From: Hyaloraphidium curvatum SAG 235-1
Taxonomy: Eukaryota > Fungi > Monoblepharomycota
Length of the DNA stretch: 64,000 nt
Assembly (NCBI GenBank): GCA_025558095.1
Contig: JAIVFI010000002.1
Span: 124,001 to 188,000 of the forward strand
Direction: 5' to 3'
The notes under the pieces were generated by a model. That model saw only the letters and a list, made by a program, of their open reading frames with translations. It ran no database searches and was not told the DNA's origin. Shown here in pieces: positions 54,814 through 64,000 of this stretch; positions within the stretch are counted from its first letter, which is position 1; each line of letters starts with the position of its first letter. Both the position numbers and the translations under genes were made by a program.

Positions 54814-55932
54814 ATGCGCGTCACCGTTCACCTGGCCAGCGTCGCGCGCGACGGTTTCGTCGTGGTCTCGCGTCGGGCCCGAGGAATACCGGTCGAAGCC
54901 TTCAAATTCATGGCACGCGACGTGCAAGCATCTACGCCTTCGGAACGTGCGCTCCAATCCCAGGCGGCGGACTTCATGGTGAAGCTCGAGGAAGAAGCCC
55001 TCGCGGAACTGCGCCCTTCCGAACGGATCTGCGTCTGCTGCAAGCGCCCGATCGGCTTCCTGAGGCCCGGCCGTGAATTTGATTGGACGACAAAGACCTG
55101 CAACGGCGCTACTAAAGACGGGAAAGATTTCATCTCGTTCTCTTTCCCGAGCTGCGGACACTCGTCGGTAACAACTCCTTGCACCACCGAGGCCGATTTT
55201 TGCCTACAAGCCTTTGAAGAACTGATGTGGCGGAACTCTGGCGGACCGGACTGGCAAGCTCTCGCCAAGGCAAAGATCTCGAGCTTCCCGTTCATCTACT
55301 CGGCGATCTCGCACGAACTCGACGAGCCTGTTCGCTACGAGGGGACGCCGGTGCAGCTGAATATCCTGCGAGGTCGCTCAAGGAGTTCGTTTCTCGACAT
55401 CGCGCAGGCCGAAGCGCAGTCTGCCTCAAAACTCGCGCTGGACAAGTTGATGATCAAGGACCGGGAGCAGCAATGCGTGATCTGCGGCGATCCGTCGACC
55501 GAAACCATTTGCAATGCCACGCTCTTGCCGACGCACGATCTTGAGGACCCGTACTTCGCCCACGTCTTCTTCTCCGCCCTCGCGGTGTGCGACGACCTCG
55601 ACTGCCACAAACGCGCCCACAACATCGCGAAGGGGATCCGCAAAGGCTTGAGAGAGTGCGGCTGCGGGACCTGCAAAGACTGCGGCATGCCAAAGGACGG
55701 TCCGACGTGCGTGATCGTGTGCTCGTTCGGGGGATGCAGGAGCGGGGCGAACGCCGACAAGCGCTGCACCCGATGCAGGACCTCGAGGTACTGCAGGTTG
55801 GTTCGGGAGTACTCGCAGCCACGAGCTTAGCTAACTTCTTTCTGCCTGGATCAATCCAGTACCAACTGCCAGCGAGCCGATTGGAGCTACCACAAGAGGA
55901 TCTGCAGGCCGGAGAGCTCTAGCGGCAATTGA
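54814..55932 (+). CDS. MYND zinc-finger paralog (intron near 55797-55859)
   Basis: KRCTRCRTSRYCS-TNCQRADWSYHKRIC after splicing; same Cys modules as the upstream gene. Confidence 0.75.
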
Positions 55933-56023
55933 GCCATCGGGATGGACTCTACGCGCACGCCGACGGGAAAGATGAGCAGATGTAGTCATAGACGCTGATT
56001 CCATGAAGACGCCACCAGTAGAG

Positions 56024-56890
56024 TCAGGGATCGCATTTGAGCTTGCCGCAGTACACGACAAACGAAGGATCCGACAGCAAAGCGCGGCACTCCGAGCCCT
56101 CCGGGAGCAGAGAGGGATCGAGTCTCCACAGGCTAAAGACCTCCATGGCAGCTTCGAGGAAGAGCTCGTGAACCAACTCGCTGCGAAGCTCGACGGCCAC
56201 GATCCACGGCGGTGAAACAGCTCCCTCGTGCTTCCTTGAGATCGAGCACAGGGAAGCAAGGCAACTTACAAAGTGGGGCACAACGTGCTCATTGTACAAG
56301 ACGTCCGTCGCAACAATCAGGTCGAGGTCTGACCATGTCCGATCCCCGCGCGCCGGGGCGTCCGCCCAGTCGAGCTGAACAAAATCGACGTCGGGAGATG
56401 CCTTTCTCCCTTTAGCACCAAGCTTTTCGTGCCTGGATACGTTCTCGCGGGCCAGCTTCAGAATGTCCGCGTCGCCGTCCGTAAGGATAGTCCGTCCCGC
56501 GCCGAGAACTTGCGCGATGTAGGTCCCCAACAAGCCAATCCCGCAGCCGAGCTCCAAAATCGTTCTGTCCCTGACAAAAACAGGAAACAGGGCGAGAAGG
56601 TGCGCGAGAAGGATAGCTCCACACCAAGCGACCGTTCCAGTCGTGCCCGATCGCGCCAACCGATCCGGCGCCTGCAGGAACTCAAAGGTCGCGTTACGCT
56701 TGCCATCCAGAGGGAGCTCAATCTCGAAAACGCGCGATTTCTGGCTGACAATAGCGCGTTGCGCCGGGGACCGCGGCGCGTCTTTCCGCGAGTACAGGAC
56801 GAAAAGTTCCTCAACAGCGTCGAGCACCGGTAGAAGATACGGTTCGATTTCGTCCATCGTAAAGGAAGGCGCGTCAAACCACGACGCGTG
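56024..56890 (-). CDS. Lysine methyltransferase, METTL21/Rkm5-like (start uncertain)
   Basis: TTGTVAW, ILELGCGIGLLG, ILTD, LDW, IVATDVLYN. Confidence 0.88.
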   Translation of the reverse strand, partial: HASWFDAPSFTMDEIEPYLLPVLDAVEELFVLYSRKDAPRSPAQRAIVSQKSRVFEIELPLDGKRNATFEFLQAPDRLARSGTTGTVAWCGAILLAHLLALFPVFVRDRTILELGCGIGLLGTYIAQVLGAGRTILTDGDADILKLARENVSRHEKLGAKGRKASPDVDFVQLDWADAPARGDRTWSDLDLIVATDVLYNEHVVPHFVSCLASLCSISRKHEGAVSPPWIVAVELRSELVHELFLEAAMEVFSLWRLDPSLLPEGSECRALLSDPSFVVYCGKLKCDP

Positions 56891-57080
56891 AAGTGGTTGG
56901 ATCGCGCGGCGGAGTTTCATCAGCGCAACTGGGAGACATCACCACGCCGTCTCCTCCGGCCGGCCTCACAAGTCGACCTCGAGCAACGCGGCACTGTTCG
57001 CAGTTGGGGCGCGTTGTTTTCTTGGCGCGCGGACGTCGGCAGCCTGCTCCGGCCACCCGTCGTGAAAAGAAGCGCACCGA

Positions 57081-58124
57081 ATGGCGACCGCCAAGGTTGC
57101 GATTGTTACTGGAGGAGCCTCCGGGTTCGGCGGTCGCCTTACGGAGCTGCTGCTTGACAAAGGCTGGAACGTTCTCATTGCGGACCGAGACAAGACAAAA
57201 GGCACCGCCCTGGCCGAGAGCCTGGCAAGTCGGTACCGGGATCCCAATGCCAAGCCGGGAGCTCCGCCCAGGGCCGTCTTTGTCGCCGCGGATCTCTCCG
57301 ATATGGAAGCGGTCAAGGGTGTCTTTGATTCCTGCCTCTCGACATATGGAGCTTTCGATGCGGTCGTCAACAATGCGGGCATAGGAGATGCGGACGGCTA
57401 CTACCTCGGCAAAAGGCTGACGGACGGGACCAAGTGGCGTGCGACGATTGAAGTCAACGTCAACGCGGTCTGTACCAGTCCCGGTACGGACTGCTGATCC
57501 AGTAATCCCCGTACTGGTACTGTCACAGGTCTTGTACGGTACGCAGCTCGCAATCAAGCACTACAAGGAAAGGAAGAAGAAAGGCGCGGTCGTCAACACT
57601 GGGAGCATTGGCGCCTTTCAGACCTCTACTGTCCAGCCGATGTGAGCTTCACGTTGAGGTTCGGTTGTGGCTTCCTCACATGCCCAACATCCAGATATAA
57701 TGCCACGAAAGCGTTCGTCGTTATGTTCACTCGCTGCCACAAGCACTTTGCTGCGGATGGCATACGCGTGAATGTGGTTTGCCCCGGACGTGAGAGATTG
57801 CGTGGTTTCGTTGCTTATGAAACCGCTTACCCGTTGCATGCAGCCTCGCCGACTCCCATGTTCCTGGCCGGAAAGAAGGTCGCCAGGCTCGGCGAAACAT
57901 TCGAGGCGCTGAGCAGCAACTTGGTGTCGATCGACACCGTCGCCAAGGCGATGCTCATTGCCCTGGAAGATGAGTCCCTCGCAGGTCCATATGTGCCTCT
58001 CTTCTCCACGGGCGTTCTGTAGCTCACAACTGTTTCTTTAGGCGAAGCAATCAGAGCAACCGCGGATGGAATCGACGTTTTCAACCCCGACACATTGGAA
58101 AGCCGCGTGATTGCAAAGCTGTAG
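57081..58124 (+). CDS. SDR, 15-hydroxyprostaglandin dehydrogenase-like, multi-exon, PTS1 AKL
   Basis: VTGGASGFG, NNAGI, YNATK, VNVVCPG; ends IAKL. Confidence 0.88.
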
Positions 58125-58199
58125 GCCTCTAGTCATCATTGTGTACAGTAGCAAGCTTGGCATTGACAAAGATCTATCTCTCCGCCGTTGCTCGTGTCT

Positions 58200-59672
58200 C
58201 TAGTTTCTGAAGTGAGCCTGAGGAGGCGTGGGTTTCGTGCCCAGGATCTCGTCAAGCTGCTTCATGACGTCTGTGGCTACGGGTGAGCAAATGCTGCCCA
58301 ACCACGACGACAATGACGCACCATCCGTGAGCTTTGGGACTACGTTGAGCGCCTTCATGTTCTCTGTGACCTGAAGGAGACGACAAGTTAGGACAATTAG
58401 CGTCAGAGATAGGCTGGCGAACATTACCTGCTCGGGCTTGGAAGCACCCGTGATGCACGTGGAAACGTTCGGATTCTTTAGCGTCCACGCGAGGGCCATC
58501 TGAGCCATGGTGCAGCCGAGAGAATCCGCCCTGCGAACACAACAGTGAATAACGAGCCTCGTCCGTAAATACGAGCAGCAAACTGACACAGGCTTTAGGT
58601 TTTCAACGATCGACATGCGCTTCTTGGCGGTGTCGGACTCAAGTACCCGCTGAGCAAGCCCAACCATGAACGGATCCTTGTTCGCTCCAAACCTCGAATC
58701 CGCGGGTACCCCGGAAAGGTACTTTCCTGGCGTGAGTGTGTGAGACACACCCAACACAATACGATGGAGCGCATTTCACATACCTGTCAGAACGCCGCTC
58801 GCGAGCGGAGACCAGATTGTCGTGCCCATTCCAAAGTTCTTGAAGAGCGGCAGGTAGTCCACCTCCATCTTCTGCCGGTTGAACATGCTGTGAAACGAGA
58901 GCCACTCAGCTCAGCATCCTCGCCACTTTTAGTCAGCGAACTCACTTGTACTCGGGCTGCTCCATCTGAGGTCCCTCCAAACCCAACTTCTCTGCGACCC
59001 TGTGCGCCTCCAGCAGCTGGTCCGTGCGCCACTCGCTAGTACCCCAGTAAAGCGCTTGTCCTTTGTCCAAGACGTGGTTGAACGCCCGCACGATCTCTCT
59101 CATCGGCACCGTGTCGTCGGGGCGGTGGGCGAAGAGAAGATCGACATAGTCCAGGCCCAGACGTTCCAGGGAAGCCGTCGTCCCCTCAATGATGTGCTTC
59201 TTCGACAAGCCCTGGCTGTTTACACCGCTGCCGGAACCCCAATATATCTTTGTGGCAATGACCAGGTCTTGTCGGGCGGCGCCGAGCTCCTTGACTGCCT
59301 TGCCCATCTCGATCTCGGATTTGCCAGCAGCATAAACCTCGGCCGTGTCAAAAAAGTTCGCGCCGAACGCGAAAGCCGTCTTCATGCATGCAGATGTTGC
59401 GTCCTGGCCGACCTGAAAACCGGGGGGACATCTTAGCATATGGAACGGCAGTTGCGGCCAAACAACCCACCTGTTTGCCGTACGTGACCCATCCTCCAAG
59501 CTAAATTCGCGTAAAATGAGCGATTGAGTGTGCGATGCCGTGCCAATGGGGGGGAAGCTCGCGTGAGAACGCGGAGGGGAGCCGAAGTTCCAAGAAGACA
59601 TACAGAGAGCGCCGACACGCGGATTCCGGCATCTCCGAGGCGCCTGTACTCCATTTTCGGCGTGTCTGACAT
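58200..59672 (-). CDS. Aldo-keto reductase, Kv channel beta-subunit-like, multi-exon
   Basis: [21 protein letters not shown]...[23 protein letters not shown]. Confidence 0.92.
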
Positions 59673-59936
59673 TTCGCGAACACAACAGGCGGAACAATGG
59701 GTCGTGAAGTCGCTCTCGAGCGGCTCGAACGGAGAGCGCGGCGTGGGTGACAAAGCGTCGAGATGATGGGGACTCCCGCAACCAGGAAGATTCGAGACAG
59801 CATCAAAGACAATGATCAAAGATGTAATCGTTGAAGATGGGTTTATAATGCTTTACTCGACGTCAAAGTCTCCTTTGTCGGGCAATCCATGCCCAATTGG
59901 TGCTGTAGTCCTCCGAAGAATGATGTCGGGCCCGAT

Positions 59937-60557
59937 TCACAGATCAGAGATGACTCCAATCGTCCTGCGGCACTCGGAGCATGAGTGAATTCCCTCGTGG
60001 CACGAAGGCTAGACGGGGGGAAGCGGAACGCGAGTTCAAAGTCAGCAAAGGTCGGTCGAAAGACAAAACATACTACTCACCATGCAGAGGGGCACGAACG
60101 CCAGGAAAGGAGTGAGCCAGCAGAGGAGTAGGGAGCTCATGACGGCCGTCGACGAGGGATAGGTCGACACGATCGTCGTGGTCGGGCGCTGGCAGTACGG
60201 GCACATGATCCCGCTGACAGGGTGCCTCGACGGGATGAGGGTGAGGCCATCTTCATCGACGTAGGTGGCAATGGGGGAGTTGACAATCAAGACGCCCTGG
60301 GCGCCGCTTCCGGGGTACACGAGGTTGGTTCCAGGCGGGGCATAGACGATGCGCGCGGGCGCCGGCACGGCCTCGGCGTAGGTAGGCAGCTTGTCGCCCT
60401 CGCCCGGTTCAGTGTCCGCAAAGGTCGGAACGGTCGGCGCGGCGATGGGGGTGTAGATGGGGGGGGATGCCGGCGGAGCTCCCGCGGACGAGATCTCGTT
60501 CCGCTGCGATGAGCCGACCACGCCCGGGTAGTACGAGGCAGAAGAGGTGTTGACCAT
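59937..60557 (-). CDS. LITAF-like zinc-ribbon membrane protein
   Basis: PPxY-like motifs; CPYC...hydrophobic...HSCSEC after splicing. Confidence 0.82.
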
Positions 60558-60915
60558 TGTGTTTCGCTGGTTCCGCTGGCTGTCCGTTGGTCGCGAGGGT
60601 TCTTCCAAGGGGTTCCTCGTCGGAGTCAAGGGGGGGAAATCCGCTGCGCCGCTCAGCTTGCGCGTTACGTTTCACACCCTCCTGCGCCTGCCCCTTACAC
60701 ACAGCAATGGCCAAAGGGAAATTTGACTTCAAAAGCCATACTTTCCAGGAGATATGAGCATGGAGGACGAGTAGTCCGACGGACGATCCGAAGAAGGGGA
60801 ACGAAGGTCTGCGTTGCCATCGGTCCAAATTGAAAAAGCGTGCACGTTGCTAATCTACAAATGCCACGACCATGGGCCTTCCATGCTCCTTCGTGCTTGC
60901 ATTCAGCGACGAAGT

Positions 60916-61946
60916 TTAGCGGTCCTCACACCATTCTGCGTAGGCGGAACGGCGATCAGCACCAAACCAAGGTATCGGCGCGCTTCATCGACGCACCGTT
61001 CTCCTTCCGGATCTGCTCCTCCTCCTCGGGCGTAAAGTCGTTGACGATGTTGAAGGTCTTGCGGATCTCCTCCACCGACTTGCCCTTGATCATGTTTGCG
61101 ACCGTCTTGCAGCCTGCGTCAAGCAAAAGGATGTGCAGATGTGTCCAGAGAAGGGCGAATATGAACGTGGAGTAGGAGAGGAATGCACCGACGAGCGAGA
61201 AAGGAAGGAAAAGTAGCGTAAGCGTGGTCGGCACAGCCAGGCACGCGCTCGCCCGTCTGCCTGCCCGCAGGCTGGAACAAGCGATGAACGTACCGAGATC
61301 AAGCAGGCCCTTCATGTCCAGGTAGTTCGCAGCGAGGATCAGCTCGAACAGGGTGCCCTGGTCGACGTTCATGAACTCGCGGTCCGCCTCGTCGATGTCG
61401 TCCGACGACTTGGGCTTGCTGTCGTCCTCGGGCGCCGGCGGCGGGTCGTCCTTGTGGCGGGTGGCGTACTCGATGACCTTGGTCAGAATCGGGCCGGAAA
61501 CGTTGGGCAGGGGGATGGGTGTGTCGTCCGTCTCGCCGACGTCTGGGAAACGTGGTGGGGAGGGTGAGACGAGGTCTGCCCCATCAGGACGGCGGAGCAC
61601 GCAGATTAAATGCCTTCCCGCATCAAGCAGCCATTTTTCTGCCGCGTCGCCGCGCGGCGGGCGCAGTATGCCGGGGAGAGAGCACTCCGACGCGTCGCAC
61701 CAGTGGGGCGTCCGTAGCAGACACGCACCTTCGAGCATGTTCTTGATGAGGATCGACTGCACGGCCACGTCCTTCGGGACGACGAACTCCTGGTTGTCCG
61801 ACGACGAGAGCTTGACGGAGGCCACTGGCGGAAAGGGCGAACTGGGTCACTGGGGGCTCGGGAAAGGTCGGCGAACGCGCCGCGCGCGCCCCCGCGGTCC
61901 GGGACGCGCGGCGACGATGGCCGCCAGCGCAATGATGAGGCTCACT
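60916..61946 (-). CDS. SKP1: SKP1 (SCF subunit), multi-exon
   Basis: [29 protein letters not shown]...[25 protein letters not shown]. Confidence 0.96.
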
Positions 61947-62135
61947 GGCGAGGGCGGTGCGGGGAGGGCCGGCGAAGGGGGGGGGTGGACGATGGTCGTT
62001 TCCAGTGGAACTTCAGAATTTCTAGTTGAGAGGTCTAGCCACGCGCAGTCCAAATCCTGCTGATTGCGCGCAGCCGTTGACGCCAGGAAATCATCAGATA
62101 GAATAGCTAACGAAGCAGAAGAGACATAGATGTGC

Positions 62136-64000
62136 TCAGTCCTTGATCGGCGCCGTCCTCGGCCCCCGTTTCCGGTCTCCGTCCTGCGCAACCTCCCTCA
62201 ACGGCGCTGTCTGAGGCGCTGCGAACCTATCCTTCTCCGCCTTTTCCATCCCCAGCATAGACAGGCCAACCATGCTCTTGCCCTGCCTGCCGCCACCTGA
62301 TCGGCCGGGGATGTGGACTGCCGATGCAGAGCCCGCCGTCGGGCCGCGGCCCGTCTGGAAACGCTGCAGGCGTAAGCGATAGAGGATCTCGTCGATGGCG
62401 AGCTCGATTGCGAGCCTGTTGCGGATGAGCGGAATCTCTGAACCGGTGAGGAAACACCGGTTATAAGGTTGCAGGGCGCCGACCGAAACAAACCCACTGT
62501 CTCGCGTCGCCTTGGCACCTCGAGCGACATAGTCCAGCGCGTCCTCCGGGCTGGGGTTGACTATGAGCTTGAAGTAGTCCGAGATGCCGGCCTCGGGCAC
62601 GATCGTCACGTCCCCGGTGTAGCGTTGCTTCAGGAGCCCAATCGTGCGGGTCATGAGTCTCGGCCACACGCCCAGGTCAGCCAGCTGCCCCAGGCGATGA
62701 GACAGCTCGTTCTGCATCAGGTCTGCGATAGGAGAAAGGAGACGAGTCGAGAGCGGGGGGACCAGGTCGCCAGAGACGAAGGGTATCACGTGCGGATTGA
62801 CCTGGGACACGAGAAAGTGGTTAACGGAGAAGAGTTCGGATATCCGCGCCATCGGCAGGTCGCTGTATAAGAAGGGAGGGTCAGACACGCCCTGGCAAAG
62901 CGACGCAAATGAAGCATACTTTTCGACGGAACCGTCGATCCAGCGATGGCCAGTTGGGTTCCACGGCACGGTCTTGCCGGCCTTGTCCTTGGCCAGCAAA
63001 GGCGCCGAGTTGTACACAAGCGGAAGTGCGCAGGATGCGGCAACAGCCGACCAGATGATAACATTCGGAGCTGGAAACCCAGATGAGGCGACAGGCCAAC
63101 GCAATGCCCCGTGCGCACCAACAAGTAAGGTAGTTCAGCACGCGCGGCATTTCGAATGACGAGCCCGGGCTGACTGTGATGTTGAGAATACGCCGAGTCT
63201 TGTTGAATGCCTCTTGGAACGTCAGCTCGCCGATGTTGTCTCTCAGGCTCTGCAGAAGCACTTCGACATCATACAGCACGCCCTCGGTCGCCATCCTGTG
63301 GAATATTGTGGAAAGCTTCTCGCCGGGTCGCGTGAATGTTTGCAGATTGAGGTTGCGAGGGTCAAAGATCGCCGGAAGCTCAGAATCTGTCCGAGTGCAA
63401 ATGACAGCGGCGATGATGCTCCCCACGCTCGCCCCGCTGATGACGCGCGGCAGCAGCTTCTCCTCAAAAAGCGTCCTGATGACACCGATGTGCATAATGC
63501 CAAGAGTTGCGCCTCCGGAAAGAAGAAGGGCCGTGCGGCCGAAGGACCTCTGAAGCGAAAGGAAGAACGAGTGTTTTGCGGAAACGGGGAGGGCGGAAAG
63601 GGTGGTCGGGGTGGAAGCCGCAGCGTTCGGATTCGACCATTCGGCATCGGCGACATAGTTGAGATTCGTGACGACCTCGGCGATGTAATCCTTGAAGACA
63701 ACGGTGCATTAGCCTCCCATTAGGCCAGTTTGCCAATATCTCACCCCAATGAGCTTCATGGGGCCCGGATTGGGCCTCCCGTATAGCTGCGGCGTCATCA
63801 TGCCGCCCAGATCCCGGTGGAGCCCGGTCCGCATGAGGAAGACGCAGAGGTCGAGGTCGCCTTCCAACCGCGCCGTCTGGAGCTGCTCCAGACGATCCTG
63901 CACGAGCTCCCAGTCATACAAATCGCTTCTCGGATCCAGCCCGTCCGGAAAAGAAGTGGAAGCCGAAGACGCCCAAGCGTTCGAGAGGAGCCTATGGCGC
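62136..64000 (-). CDS. Patatin-domain triacylglycerol lipase (TGL4/SDP1-like), 5' end outside the window
   Basis: LSGGATLG, GASVG nucleophile, WIDGS, LSELF.VNHFLVSQVNPH-like motif. Confidence 0.9.

Noticed and set aside
1-64000. tRNA, rRNA or other structured RNA genes
   Set aside because: None recognised by eye; tRNAscan-SE or Infernal would be needed to exclude them.

Overview
GC-rich, intron-containing eukaryotic DNA with short introns (about 50-120 nt, GTGGGT/GTGCGT...CAG). The gene set is fungal: Zn2Cys6 and fungal TF-domain proteins, a hybrid histidine kinase, GH26, SKP1, a HECT E3 and a TGL-type patatin. An early-diverging (chytrid/monoblepharid-like) fungus is my inference. The main structure is a ~14.3-kb nest of retroelements (about 38.76-53.0 kb) between a UBE3C-like E3 gene and a divergent MYND gene. 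The outer element is a restriction-like-endonuclease (CRE-type) non-LTR retrotransposon with three ORFs joined by stop/start overlaps. Its RT-RLE ORF is split by a young Ty3/Gypsy element and is restored to an intact 1303-aa frame when that element and one GGCG target-site copy are removed. The inner element has identical 476-bp LTRs, a PBS, a PPT and an A_AAA_AAC -1 frameshift site, but lacks the RT YxDD motif, RNase H and integrase. It also carries an accessory module: an internal copy of the LTR 11-bp palindromic repeat array, flanked by a sense coiled-coil ORF and an antisense spliced gene. Elsewhere are two candidate 7TM ion-channel (GRL/DUF3537-like) genes, a four-member orphan C-x-H...C-W-x-C family, bacterial-type enzymes with PTS1 signals, and a TF pseudogene broken by a 16-bp tandem duplication. 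All calls come from reading the sequence by eye; no database searches were run.
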